A stretch of DNA of 64,000 bases from an uncultured Rhodospirillales bacterium (GTDB taxonomy: Bacteria > Pseudomonadota > Alphaproteobacteria > RF32 > CAG-239). The position numbers and the translations under genes are program-made. The notes below the pieces were generated by a model. That model was given only the letters and a program-made list of their open reading frames with translations. It was not told the origin of the DNA and searched no databases. The number at the start of each line of letters is the position of its first letter. Positions within the stretch are counted from its first letter, which is position 1. Shown in pieces: positions 31,259-40,753 of this stretch. The stretch spans positions 17,038 to 81,037 of the forward strand of contig CACWLK010000005.1 of NCBI GenBank assembly GCA_902761715.1, read 5' to 3'.

Positions 31259-31684
31259 ATGGAAACACAGTACTATACAGTCGTTGAAAAACAGGACTTT
31301 TTTGAAATTATTGAAAACAAGTATGGCGAACTGGCAATATTTATTGATGCACGCGATGGTGCTCCGGCTAACCCTGTACTTGAGTATGATGGCAAAAAAA
31401 CCGCCCTCTTAAAACGTGATGGACGTTTAGCTGTAAAACTCGATAACATTGATGAAGAAACCAAAGGCCCTCTTGCCGAGGCTGAATTTGTGATGATTGT
31501 TGAGTTGCAGGGCAAAATGGTAGAACGCGTTTATGCAGTTCCGGTTGACAATGTTGAAGAGATAGTCTTCAAGGGACGTCAAACCCGTGCTGACGAATTA
31601 GTTATGGCAAAAAGCAAAGAAGACGTTATCAAAAGTTTTGGCGCTATTCACTCTTGGTTTGGCGGCAGTACAGAAAAAAAATAG
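31259..31684 (+). CDS. hypothetical protein (141 aa) co-transcribed with the PTS EIIA/HPr genes
   Basis: It has a clean ORF and an RBS (agaggga), and ends 9 nt before the EIIA gene. I recognise no family. Confidence 0.5.
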   Translation: METQYYTVVEKQDFFEIIENKYGELAIFIDARDGAPANPVLEYDGKKTALLKRDGRLAVKLDNIDEETKGPLAEAEFVMIVELQGKMVERVYAVPVDNVEEIVFKGRQTRADELVMAKSKEDVIKSFGAIHSWFGGSTEKK

Positions 31685-31693
31685 GAATAAGAA

Positions 31694-32092
31694 ATGCTTG
31701 GATTGGTTTTGGTTACACACGGAAACTTGGCTAAAGAATTTGTTTCGGCAATGCAACATGTTGTTGGCAAACAGGAGCAGATAGAAACCGTTTGCATCGG
31801 TCCTGAAGATAACATGGAAGAGCGCCGCGGCGAAATCCTCAGCAAGGTTGAAAAAGTTAATACTGGAGAAGGCACAATAGTTTTGACCGACCTTTTCGGA
31901 GGCACCCCGTCAAACCTTGCAATTTCCATTATGGATAAAGCAAAGGTCGAAATTTTAGCCGGTGTAAACTTGCCCATGCTTATAAAAATAGCCTCACTCC
32001 GCAAAGAGAAAAACCTTAAAGACACCGTGCTCGGAGCACAAGAAGCCGGCAAGAAATATATTAACATTGCATCACAACTGCTAGGTCTGTAA
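31694..32092 (+). CDS. PTS EIIA component, mannose family (regulatory PTS-Ntr-like branch)
   Basis: MLGLVLVTHGNLAKEF...TDLFGGTP carries the EIIA-Man fold motifs, including the phosphorylatable His in VTHG. It is the alphaproteobacterial hprK-manX-hpr partner. Confidence 0.75.
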   Translation: MLGLVLVTHGNLAKEFVSAMQHVVGKQEQIETVCIGPEDNMEERRGEILSKVEKVNTGEGTIVLTDLFGGTPSNLAISIMDKAKVEILAGVNLPMLIKIASLRKEKNLKDTVLGAQEAGKKYINIASQLLGL

Positions 32093-32093
32093 A

Positions 32094-32363
32094 ATGAGCG
32101 TTTGCAAAGAACTTGAAATCAAAAACCGTAAGGGATTGCATGCGCGCGCCGCTGCAGCCTTTGTAAAAACAGCCGAAAGTTTCAGTGCCGAAATACAGGT
32201 TGAGCGTGTCGGGCAAAAAGTCAGCGGCTGCTCAATTATGGGCTTAATGATGTTGGCAGCATCACAGGGCACCACAATTAAAGTTACCGTCACCGGCGAC
32301 GATGAACAGCAAGCCATGGATGCAATATCTGCTTTGGTTGATAACAAATTCGGAGAAGAATAG
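32094..32363 (+). CDS. ptsH: phosphocarrier protein HPr/NPr
   Basis: 89 aa. NRKGLHARAAA has the His-15 site and KVSGCSIMG has the Ser-46 region. Confidence 0.85.
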   Translation: MSVCKELEIKNRKGLHARAAAAFVKTAESFSAEIQVERVGQKVSGCSIMGLMMLAASQGTTIKVTVTGDDEQQAMDAISALVDNKFGEE

Positions 32364-32400
32364 ACCATCGTCTATATCGGTTGAAAAAACACAAAAACGA

Positions 32401-32434
32401 CCTAAATCTGATTTGGATTTAGGTTATTTTTTTT
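32401..32434 (+). terminator. intrinsic terminator after ptsH
   Basis: It is a perfect 8-bp stem cctaaatc/gatttagg with a 7-nt loop, followed by ttattttttttt. Confidence 0.55.
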
Positions 32435-32446
32435 AGGAGTAAAACA

Positions 32447-32563
32447 ATGAGTATATGTAGCGGAAGTAAAAAACCGACCAAAGAGACCAACACTCAGTCA
32501 TCAACCAAACCTGATGATAAAAAACAAGGCGAAAGCTGTGGCTGCGGAAACAAAAACAAATAA
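32447..32563 (+). CDS. small Cys-rich ORF (38 aa), not in the ORF track
   Basis: It has an AGGAG RBS 7 nt upstream of the ATG. The protein is MSICSGSKKPTKETNTQSSTKPDDKKQGESCGCGNKNK. It is bracketed by two hairpin terminators. Confidence 0.35.
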   Translation: MSICSGSKKPTKETNTQSSTKPDDKKQGESCGCGNKNK

Positions 32564-32565
32564 AC

Positions 32566-32592
32566 AAAAACCTCTCTTTCGAGAGGTTTTTT
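32566..32592. terminator. bidirectional intrinsic terminator
   Basis: The stem is aaacctctc/gagaggttt with a 4-nt loop. It is flanked by an A-run and a T-run. It is shared by the small ORF (+) and the convergent minus-strand gene. Confidence 0.5.
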
Positions 32593-33342
32593 CTATTTGA
32601 AAGCATCTACTCCGATTCTTCCGATTAAAGGTAATTTTATGGCCGGACGATACCAGTCGATACCAAAATTCAAACCCAAAATTCCGATTTCAATTCCCTC
32701 GCATTTCCCCACTTCAAACGACAAAATTCCCCATAGCGAAAACTTATATCCGGTACCGCTGGCTGTTGGCACCAAAAAAGTTTTTGCTCCGATAAAATCC
32801 TTACCTATAGCCGTAGGCGGTAACTCTATAGTCAGCTCCGGAACATTGCGAACAATGTGCTCGACAAATGTATTACTGTTAGGTCCCGGCCATAAGTTAT
32901 ATGTTGTTTTATAAGGATAACTTTCAACAGCAGCCTCAATTTTCGGAATAGCCCTTTCAGCTTCTTCTCCGGTCAGGCTTTGCAGCAGCTTCGGTTTGCG
33001 CCCGTACCAATATCTGTCCGGCAAATCTGGATGAGCATAAACTGTGGTTTTTTCATAAAACATGTTCCAACCTGTAACTTGATATACGGTATAATGATCA
33101 TCACCTTTTTTCTTGACGGACACCCACGGGTGCACAGCAAAATATCCCCGCCAGTTATAAACTCGAGCCACATAAACCTGCACGACGGCATCATCGGTTT
33201 CCTCGGGCTTGGGCGCCATGTTTGCACTGTTACGGTTTGCGGTTTGCCAATCAACATAATTAAATGTCATGTCATAAATCAAAAATGCACACAATATGAT
33301 TACGACAGTCCACACAATATCTTTCTTTCTTATTTTTTTCAT
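32593..33342 (-). CDS. hypothetical membrane-anchored protein (possibly DUF3750-like)
   Basis: 249 aa with an N-terminal TM anchor. Its start overlaps the recF stop in ATGA. The family assignment is from memory only. Confidence 0.45.
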   Translation of the reverse strand: MKKIRKKDIVWTVVIILCAFLIYDMTFNYVDWQTANRNSANMAPKPEETDDAVVQVYVARVYNWRGYFAVHPWVSVKKKGDDHYTVYQVTGWNMFYEKTTVYAHPDLPDRYWYGRKPKLLQSLTGEEAERAIPKIEAAVESYPYKTTYNLWPGPNSNTFVEHIVRNVPELTIELPPTAIGKDFIGAKTFLVPTASGTGYKFSLWGILSFEVGKCEGIEIGILGLNFGIDWYRPAIKLPLIGRIGVDAFK

Positions 33343-34556
33343 CGTTGAGTTACCATGTTATTTTTGACTTCAAAGAAATCGGCTTCATTTTTTAACGAGT
33401 TAAAAATCTCCTGATTCGTTGAGGTAATCCACGCCTGCAAGCCGAGATCTTTAATTTTATCGAGCAAAGCCTCTCGCTTTATGTCATCGAGATGAGCGGT
33501 TATCTCGTCCAACAACAGAACCGGAGCAAAACCCTGATACAAAATTTGGCATTTTGTTTGCGCCAAAATAATACTTATCAGCAACGACTTCTGTTCGCCG
33601 GTCGAACAAAGCTCTGCCGGCATATGTTTTTTCTTGTATGTAACCTTAAAATCCGTGCGGTTCACCCCGTCAACACCATCATTATATAAAACATTGCGGC
33701 GCTCTTTTTTGAGTTTGTCGACATAAAAATCCTCAACATCGACTGCGGGCATTTTATCGAGCATTTTTTCGATGGTTCCGTCTAGCTCCAAAATTACATT
33801 TGGAAAAACATCGTCAGGTTCATTTTCAATAAAACTGTTCAGTCTGGCAATCTGTTCTCTGCGGGCTGCGGCGATTGCCACACCGATTGCCGCCATATTC
33901 TCCTCGATTCCCTCAAGCCAGGCATTATCGGCACGCCCGTTCGTGCTTTTAATCAGCTGATACCATTGCTTGTAAAGGTGTTCAAAATTTGCGGTTCTTT
34001 TAGCGTGCTCATTATCAAAAGCAAATACCAATCGATCCAAAAAACTTCTTCGTGGTTGTGAGCCGCCGCGGAACAACCTGTCCATCTGCGGAGTCAACCA
34101 TATTGCTGAAACATATTGTCCCAGCTCCCCTTGAGAGGATGCTTTTTGCCCATCAATCTTAACGATTCGCTTGTTATAGCCGTTGATTTCATCGTCGTCA
34201 TCTTTAGGGGCGTTTTCGACAGCGGTACCGATTTCAAAATCATCGCCGTTTTTATATACCATTGCTGAAACCGCCCAGGAGCCGTTTGAGGGGTGATAAT
34301 CATTTTCCACTACTGCCGGAGTAAATCTTCTTATATCTGCTAATCTGGCGCCTCTTAACCCCCTTCCCGGCGTTAAAAAGGATACGGCTTCCAAAATATT
34401 TGTTTTTCCGCTACCGTTTTCTCCGGTAATAATTATCGGGCGCAAATTTGTGTTCAAGCGCAAAAAAACATAGTTTCTAAAGTCAGTTAAAGTCAGGCGT
34501 GTAACACCTGACTTTTTACTGGTAACTGACTGAATATTTTGCGCCAGACTGTTCAA
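33339..34556 (-). CDS. recF: DNA replication and repair protein RecF
   Basis: It has the Walker A GENGSGKTNILEA, the signature and Walker B LLLDEI. An acidic insert (KDDDDE) extends it to 405 aa. Confidence 0.9.
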   Translation of the reverse strand: MNSLAQNIQSVTSKKSGVTRLTLTDFRNYVFLRLNTNLRPIIITGENGSGKTNILEAVSFLTPGRGLRGARLADIRRFTPAVVENDYHPSNGSWAVSAMVYKNGDDFEIGTAVENAPKDDDDEINGYNKRIVKIDGQKASSQGELGQYVSAIWLTPQMDRLFRGGSQPRRSFLDRLVFAFDNEHAKRTANFEHLYKQWYQLIKSTNGRADNAWLEGIEENMAAIGVAIAAARREQIARLNSFIENEPDDVFPNVILELDGTIEKMLDKMPAVDVEDFYVDKLKKERRNVLYNDGVDGVNRTDFKVTYKKKHMPAELCSTGEQKSLLISIILAQTKCQILYQGFAPVLLLDEITAHLDDIKREALLDKIKDLGLQAWITSTNQEIFNSLKNEADFFEVKNNMVTQR

Positions 34557-34557
34557 C

Positions 34558-35676
34558 TTAAACCCTCATCGGCATCAGCACATAAATTGCACTTGAATCT
34601 GATGTGTCATGAATGACTGACGGAGACGAAGCATCAGAAAAACTTACCTGTACGGATTCGCCTTTAATTTCGGACAATATATCCAACAAATAGCGGAAAT
34701 TATAGCCGATTTCTAAAGATTCGCCATCATACTTAGCGTCAATTTCTTCCAATGCAGAACCCAAGTCCGGACTTGTTGTGGTAATAACAATTTTTCCGGC
34801 CTGTGTAATCATTTTGATTGCGCGGGTACGCTCTGCTACAACCGAAACACGGTCAACGGCATTAGCCAACTCTTTTACCTGAACTTCAAGCAATTTATCT
34901 GTATCGGTCGGAATAACCCGCTCATAATCCGGATAAGTTCCGTCAATCAATTTTGAGGTAAGGGTAACTTCCTCAAGCGTAAAGCGAACTTTGTTATCTG
35001 ACAATGCTACAGAAATATTTTCGGCTTTTGTATCGTCAAGCAGCTTACGGACTTCGCTTACGGTTTTTCTCGGAATAATAACGCCGGCAATTTTTTCAGC
35101 ACCTGCCGGTAACGGGGATTCTACACAAGCCAAACGATGTCCGTCGGTAGCAACAACGCGCAATACTTTAGTTGCCCCCTCGCTTTTTGCATGAACATAA
35201 AGTCCGTTCAGATAATATCTTGTCTCTTCTGTCGATACGGCAAACTGTGTGCGATCAATAACGTCCTTAAGTTCTTCTCTGGCTATACTGAAATTAATCG
35301 GTAGCTTATCACCGGCAATAATCGGAAAATCTTCAACCCCGATAGTTGAAAGCGCAAATTTTGAACGCCCTGAAGCAATGGTCAACTGCCCTTTGTCATC
35401 AGGAAAAGTCAACTCAACCTCTGAACCGTCTGACAACTTACGAACAATGTCATACAGCATATGAGCCGGAGCGGTGGTGGCACCTGTTTCGGCAATTTTG
35501 GCATCAACAATTTCGGTAATTTCCGTATCCATATCGGTTGCCTTAAAGCTTATGCCGTCACCGAGAGCTTCAATACGTACATTTGACAACACCGGAATGG
35601 TATTGCGTTTTTCAACAATACTTTGAATATGACTCAAAGTTTTTAATAAAATAGCGCGTTCAATAACAAATTTCAT
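34558..35676 (-). CDS. dnaN: DNA polymerase III beta subunit (sliding clamp)
   Basis: 372 aa with a three-domain clamp. The dnaA-dnaN-recF synteny is intact. Confidence 0.95.
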   Translation of the reverse strand: MKFVIERAILLKTLSHIQSIVEKRNTIPVLSNVRIEALGDGISFKATDMDTEITEIVDAKIAETGATTAPAHMLYDIVRKLSDGSEVELTFPDDKGQLTIASGRSKFALSTIGVEDFPIIAGDKLPINFSIAREELKDVIDRTQFAVSTEETRYYLNGLYVHAKSEGATKVLRVVATDGHRLACVESPLPAGAEKIAGVIIPRKTVSEVRKLLDDTKAENISVALSDNKVRFTLEEVTLTSKLIDGTYPDYERVIPTDTDKLLEVQVKELANAVDRVSVVAERTRAIKMITQAGKIVITTTSPDLGSALEEIDAKYDGESLEIGYNFRYLLDILSEIKGESVQVSFSDASSPSVIHDTSDSSAIYVLMPMRV

Positions 35677-35794
35677 AGCATTATTCCGAAAAAATTAAAC
35701 TCTGGGTAGATTCCTACCCTCTGCAATAATATCACAAGATATTGCTTTCAAAACTTAAAAGAGTAAATATTCAACAGCTTTTTTGCAGATTCGC

Positions 35795-36205
35795 TTACAA
35801 TTTGTATTTGTTCAAAAAATTACAAATCGGCAAAAACAGATTGTCCGGCAACTCATCTTTTGGAAACCAGCACCACTCTGCACATTTATCAGGTTCTTTA
35901 ACTACCGGCTTTCCGGAAAAATTAAGCGCCTTTAATATGGCGGTAACATAGTGTTTTCCGCTTTCTTTGAAAAAGTCATTCGTAACTCCGCAGACCGACA
36001 AATCCTGCCTATTCAGTATCAAACCTGTTTCTTCTGCGGTTTCGCGCACTCCGGCTTCTTCAAAACTTTCGCCATACTCAAGATGTCCGCCCGGCGGGCA
36101 CCAGGTTCCTTCTCCGTGCTTAGATTTTCTCAGCCCCAGTAATACCTCGTTCTTGTTGTTATAAATCAGAACTCCGACACCGACTTTTACAATTTTTTCT
36201 TCCAT
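35795..36205 (-). CDS. NUDIX hydrolase
   Basis: GGHLEYGESFEEAGVRETAEETGL is a Nudix box. Confidence 0.8.
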   Translation of the reverse strand: MEEKIVKVGVGVLIYNNKNEVLLGLRKSKHGEGTWCPPGGHLEYGESFEEAGVRETAEETGLILNRQDLSVCGVTNDFFKESGKHYVTAILKALNFSGKPVVKEPDKCAEWCWFPKDELPDNLFLPICNFLNKYKL

Positions 36206-36215
36206 AAAATTCCTT

Positions 36216-36252
36216 ACGAAAAAAGCCGGAACAAGTCCGGCTTTATTTTTTT
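36216..36252. terminator. intrinsic terminator downstream of dnaA (bidirectional context)
   Basis: It is a 6-bp stem agccgg/ccggct with a 7-nt loop. It is flanked by aaaaaa on the 5' side and ttattttttt on the 3' side. Confidence 0.45.
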
Positions 36253-36253
36253 G

Positions 36254-37702
36254 TTATGCCTCTAAAGACCGACGTAAAACCTCAACGCTCTCGGCAACAC
36301 TTGTATCTTCTTTTATAAGCTCTTCTACTTTGCGTACCGCATGCATAACCGTTGTATGGTCGCGGTCAAATTTGCGACCAATCTCCGGCAATGAGCGCAG
36401 AGTCAAAAGCTTGGCCAAATACATGGCGATTTGACGAGGTCTTGCAACCGTTCTGGCTCTACGTGAAGACTGCATCTCTTTGACCGATATGTTAAAGTGC
36501 TCTGCAACTTTTTTCTGAATTTCATCAATAGTTGTTCTGCGGTCATAAGAACGTAACATGTCTTTCAAAACATCTTGTGTGTTCTCCAGAGTTATTTCTT
36601 TGCCCGGCAATAATTGTGTATGGGCAATAATACGGCGCAAGGCTCCTTCCAACTCACGAATATTTGACGTAATCTTTTGAGCCAAAAATTCAGCAACCTT
36701 TTGTGGCAATTCACAATTCAACTGTTTGGCTTTTGCCTGCAAAATACCAATTCTCAAGTCAAAATCTGTCGGATGAATATCTGCAACCAAACCGCAACCC
36801 AAACGAGAGCGCAGACGGGTTTCGATTCCCTCTAAATCAGACGGCGACTTGTCTGCTGAAATAATTATCTGACGACCTTCTTCAATCAATGAATTAAAGG
36901 TGTAAAAAAACTCTTCTTGAGTAGTATCTTTTCCGCCCATAAATTGAACATCATCAACCATCAACACATCAACCGATCTAAACTGTTCTTTAAAAGCTGC
37001 TGTGTCCTTATAGCGCAAGGCTCTGACAAACTTATACATAAATTTTTCGGCAGAAAGATAAACAATATTTTTATTCGGATTCCGTTGTTTGATTCTCCAG
37101 GCAATTGCATGCATAAGGTGGGTTTTTCCCAAACCGACACCGGAATACAAAAACAACGGATTAAACGGGATGTCATCGGATTCCGCAACTTTTCTTGCGG
37201 CAGCATATGCAAACTCATTGGTTTTACCGACAACAAAATTTTCAAATGTATATTGCGGATTCAGCGGAACCGACAACGACTGGTTGGCATCTGATACATA
37301 GCCGGCCTCAGGCTGAATATTGTTTACGCCTGATTGATATATGTTTTGTGGAGCCGGACTTTGTGAAATTTTCTTTAATAAAGATCTGCATGTCGAATTA
37401 TGAACGCCGGTCATAATACCTTCGTCTGCAGCCTGAACAATAAAATTAATACTTTTTATATTCGGATTTTTCTTACCCCATATTTTATGAATTCTGTCAG
37501 AGTAATTTGTGATAACCCAGTTGCGCATAAAACGCGTCGGCACACTGATGTTCATTACTCCGCTGGAGAAAGAGCTTATACTCAACGGCTTCAACCAACT
37601 GTCAAAAGCCTTTTCTCCGACCTCTTGTTTTAATTGCGAGCAAATTTGTCCCCATTCGTTCTGGACATCTTCGTTGTTAGTAGTAATTGCTTCGCCAGCC
37701 AT
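36254..37702 (-). CDS. dnaA: chromosomal replication initiator protein DnaA
   Basis: 482 aa. It has an AAA+ domain (NPLFLYSGVGLGKTHL), sensor motifs and a C-terminal DnaA-box-binding HTH (TVMHAVRKV). Confidence 0.95.
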   Translation of the reverse strand: MAGEAITTNNEDVQNEWGQICSQLKQEVGEKAFDSWLKPLSISSFSSGVMNISVPTRFMRNWVITNYSDRIHKIWGKKNPNIKSINFIVQAADEGIMTGVHNSTCRSLLKKISQSPAPQNIYQSGVNNIQPEAGYVSDANQSLSVPLNPQYTFENFVVGKTNEFAYAAARKVAESDDIPFNPLFLYSGVGLGKTHLMHAIAWRIKQRNPNKNIVYLSAEKFMYKFVRALRYKDTAAFKEQFRSVDVLMVDDVQFMGGKDTTQEEFFYTFNSLIEEGRQIIISADKSPSDLEGIETRLRSRLGCGLVADIHPTDFDLRIGILQAKAKQLNCELPQKVAEFLAQKITSNIRELEGALRRIIAHTQLLPGKEITLENTQDVLKDMLRSYDRRTTIDEIQKKVAEHFNISVKEMQSSRRARTVARPRQIAMYLAKLLTLRSLPEIGRKFDRDHTTVMHAVRKVEELIKEDTSVAESVEVLRRSLEA

Positions 37703-37958
37703 TATCTTCGCATCCTTATAAGTAATAGGTTAAAACAAAAATATTTTCATCCTCGATTTTTATCGATTTGATGGTCCGATGATAAAAGGTTAAAAAATAA
37801 AAAACAACAGAACAATTAGCGAACATTGCAATTAAATTTCTTGACACAATATTTATCTGAGTCGCCCGGATTCTCGGTGCTTTTGCCTATAAAAAAGCAA
37901 AAAATCACGCACCCGATTCAACAGGTGGTGATTCTTCTGCTTAATATTTTTTTCTAAA

Positions 37959-38219
37959 TTAAAGAGCTTTAATTTTTGCCGACAGACGAGAAATTGTTCT
38001 CGATACGGTATTGCGGTGCATAACACCCTTATTTACGGCTTTCATCAATTCAGATTCTGCAGTAACAAAAGCGGTCTGAGCCAAAGCTTTGTCTTTAGCT
38101 ACAACGGCAGCTTCAACTTTCTTTACAAATGTACGAACTCTGCTTCTGCGAGCGCCGTTAATCATAGCGCGCTTGCTGTTTCTTCTGATTCTTGTTTTTG
38201 CCGATTTATGATTGGCCAT
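37959..38219 (-). CDS. rpsT: 30S ribosomal protein S20
   Basis: [17 protein letters not shown] is present. The rpsT-dnaA adjacency is intact. Confidence 0.9.
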   Translation of the reverse strand: MANHKSAKTRIRRNSKRAMINGARRSRVRTFVKKVEAAVVAKDKALAQTAFVTAESELMKAVNKGVMHRNTVSRTISRLSAKIKAL

Positions 38220-38325
38220 TTTTCTTTATTCCTTAAAATTACGTTAATTAAAAAATTTTCTGATATGCTTTATAAACTCTTCTAAGCTGTTAAGTCAACA
38301 CAATTTTTTGCAAAAATGCGGTTTT

Positions 38326-39072
38326 TTATTTTTTTTCTAGCATTTTCTCAAGATTATTTTTGTACTCATCTGAGTCAAGAGCTGACTTGTAAACCTGCTT
38401 TTCTATATCAAGCCCTTCTTCCAAATCGGTGTTTCCGACAGCGGTTCTGACCAATTCTTTTGAAGTGTTTGTTGCCATTTCCGGCATTGATGCGATAATT
38501 TCCGCCTCTTTCATTGTTTCATCATGCAAATACATCAGCGGGACGATTCTGCTGACAAGACCGATTTTATCAGCCTCTGCGGCCCCCATCGCCCTGCCGG
38601 ACAAAATCATTTCCATCGCTTTTGCTTTTCCAACGGCTCTTGTCAGTCTTTGAGTCGCTCCAAATCCTGGAACGGTACCGAGGCTTAAATCAGGTGTTGC
38701 AAACCATGCATTGTCGGAACAAAGAATGATGTCTCCGGCCAAAGCTAGCTCCATTCCGATTCCGATTGCATAACCGCTGACTTCGGAAACAACCGGCTTT
38801 TTAATGTCAGCAATTTTATCAAAATCACCAATCATATTCTCGAGCATTTTTGCGTTTGCATTTTTAACAAACTCTGTTGCATTAATCCCCGATGAAAAAG
38901 CTTTTTCTGATCCGCGTAATACAATAACACGCACCTTGTCATCATTATCAAGTTGTACCATTTTTGCGGACAGATTCTTCAAAACGTCTGCATCAATAAA
39001 ATTCAAATCATTGTCGCTTGATAGCGTTACAAGTCCGATTCCATTTTGTTTTTCAACTTTAATATTTGTCAT
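38326..39072 (-). CDS. enoyl-CoA hydratase/isomerase (crotonase) family protein
   Basis: VIVLRGSEKAFSSG and GYAIGIGMELALAGD mark the crotonase oxyanion-hole region. Confidence 0.85.
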   Translation of the reverse strand: MTNIKVEKQNGIGLVTLSSDNDLNFIDADVLKNLSAKMVQLDNDDKVRVIVLRGSEKAFSSGINATEFVKNANAKMLENMIGDFDKIADIKKPVVSEVSGYAIGIGMELALAGDIILCSDNAWFATPDLSLGTVPGFGATQRLTRAVGKAKAMEMILSGRAMGAAEADKIGLVSRIVPLMYLHDETMKEAEIIASMPEMATNTSKELVRTAVGNTDLEEGLDIEKQVYKSALDSDEYKNNLEKMLEKK

Positions 39073-39081
39073 GACCGTGTC

Positions 39082-39444
39082 CTAATCTTTGCTTTTTAAT
39101 GTCATTCTTACCAAAAGCGGATTGTTTTTTTCCATTGCTATATCCAAAACTTCCATATCACGTTCAAAATGTAAAGAGTTTTCTTTTTTGCCAACAAATT
39201 TCCATCCCAGTTGCGGCAATGTGTCTTTATAAAAATCCGCCACTTTTGCAAAAGAGATTTTTTTTGAGCTGATATACGCTTCATTAAAGCGGCTTTCATC
39301 GTTTCCGAAAGAAATGTTTGCGCTGTGGATTTGCGCCATTCCTTCCGGCAATGGGATATCGTCCATGCCATCAACAAATTCAGCGCCGAAAGCGGATGAC
39401 GTCGTTAAAAACAATATAGCCAATAGTATATTTAATGTTTTCAT
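39082..39444 (-). CDS. hypothetical secreted protein (120 aa) co-transcribed downstream of mutM
   Basis: It has a signal peptide (MKTLNILLAILFLTTSSAFGA) and starts 6 nt after the mutM stop. Confidence 0.5.
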   Translation of the reverse strand: MKTLNILLAILFLTTSSAFGAEFVDGMDDIPLPEGMAQIHSANISFGNDESRFNEAYISSKKISFAKVADFYKDTLPQLGWKFVGKKENSLHFERDMEVLDIAMEKNNPLLVRMTLKSKD

Positions 39445-39450
39445 GTTACC

Positions 39451-40290
39451 TCACTTTTGCAATGTCGGACAATAAAAGGTTGAGCGTCCGGCCTGAGTCG
39501 TTTTTTGGATTCCACCGGTTTTATCAGCGTTGCACACGCAGTTCGGACAACGTTGTCCGGTTTTGTTATATACGCAATGCATATTTTGAAAATACCCCAA
39601 ACTGCCGTCAGGTTTGTGATAATCACGCAATGTCGAACCGCCGTTATCGATTGCTTTTTGCAAAACGATACGGGTGTTCTGAACAATTTCCTTACACTCT
39701 TTTTGCGAAATTTTATCTGCTTCTCTAAGCGGAGATATTTTGGACACATACAATATTTCCGAAGCATAAATATTTCCGATTCCATTGATGATAGACTGGT
39801 CAAGCAGCGCCGGTTTAATGGGAATTTTTTTATTTTTCAGTTTTTCATACAGATATTTTTCATCTAACCCCTTATCAAAAGGATCTCTGCCCATGTTTCG
39901 CAAACACTTAAACGCTGACAACTTATCGGTCTGAGCATACGAGAACAAACCAAAACGCCTCGGATCATTATATACCAAACACCCATTGTCTGTATCTATT
40001 ACAATGTGGTCATGTTTTTCTAAAACGCTCGGCACCTTATCAAAGGTTTTAATTCTGCCGCTCATTCCCAAATGCCAAACAATCGAAAAGTTATTATTCA
40101 GCTCAATAACGATATATTTCCCGATACGTCGATAGCAATTAATTTTTGTTCCGATAATCTTCGATTCCATATCAGCAGGTACAGATTCGCGAAACTTACG
40201 GTTGCGTACCACCACATTTTTAATTGTGGCCTTTCCGATAAATTTTTCGATTCCGTTTTTTACTGTCTCGACTTCGGGTAATTCAGGCAT
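39451..40290 (-). CDS. mutM: formamidopyrimidine-DNA glycosylase (MutM/Fpg)
   Basis: MPELPEVE at the N-terminus carries the catalytic Pro2 and Glu3. It also has an H2TH and a C-terminal C4 zinc finger (CPNCVCN...FYCPTLQ). Confidence 0.9.
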   Translation of the reverse strand: MPELPEVETVKNGIEKFIGKATIKNVVVRNRKFRESVPADMESKIIGTKINCYRRIGKYIVIELNNNFSIVWHLGMSGRIKTFDKVPSVLEKHDHIVIDTDNGCLVYNDPRRFGLFSYAQTDKLSAFKCLRNMGRDPFDKGLDEKYLYEKLKNKKIPIKPALLDQSIINGIGNIYASEILYVSKISPLREADKISQKECKEIVQNTRIVLQKAIDNGGSTLRDYHKPDGSLGYFQNMHCVYNKTGQRCPNCVCNADKTGGIQKTTQAGRSTFYCPTLQK

Positions 40291-40357
40291 TATTAATATC
40301 TCCCAACTATCGGTCAGTATAAAATATAGAGTTTTTTTTGCAATTACTTATTTGAAA

Positions 40358-40654
40358 CTATTGGATTGTTGTTACAATTTCATTAATAAACGACTTGCTA
40401 CCCATGCCGTGGCGCCTGGTTTTTATGCTACCCAAAGAAGATTTGTTGTAAAAATATAGCATGATAAAAAGTCTGGTATAATATGTAAGACCGAGCCCGC
40501 AATGGTTGCTGTTTTCCATAACTTCCAAAAAGTCATTTCTGGATATTTGTTCGTTGCTGCATATCAAATCAAGCAGTTTCCACTCGGTAGAGCACAACCG
40601 CATACTTGTCCGACGATTATTTATAAATAAAACTTTATTAAGCAACTTGGCCAT
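40358..40654 (-). CDS. hypothetical protein (98 aa)
   Basis: It is only an ORF with a weak RBS and no recognised family. Treat it as provisional. Confidence 0.3.
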   Translation of the reverse strand: MAKLLNKVLFINNRRTSMRLCSTEWKLLDLICSNEQISRNDFLEVMENSNHCGLGLTYYTRLFIMLYFYNKSSLGSIKTRRHGMGSKSFINEIVTTIQ

Positions 40655-40753
40655 TTTTATAACCCTGATATTACACTATTGCCATAAATTCAGATAAAGA
40701 GTATATTAAAATAATATGTAACACAACTAAAAAAAGAAAAAAAATAACAATAA

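Noticed and set aside
37703-37958. Canonical DnaA-box cluster upstream of dnaA as oriC
   Set aside because: There is no 9-mer within 1 mismatch of TTATCCACA, only a weak TTATCTGAG and an imperfect inverted repeat. I annotated it as a promoter region at most, and treat origin placement in the coaE/rho gap as a low-confidence finding.
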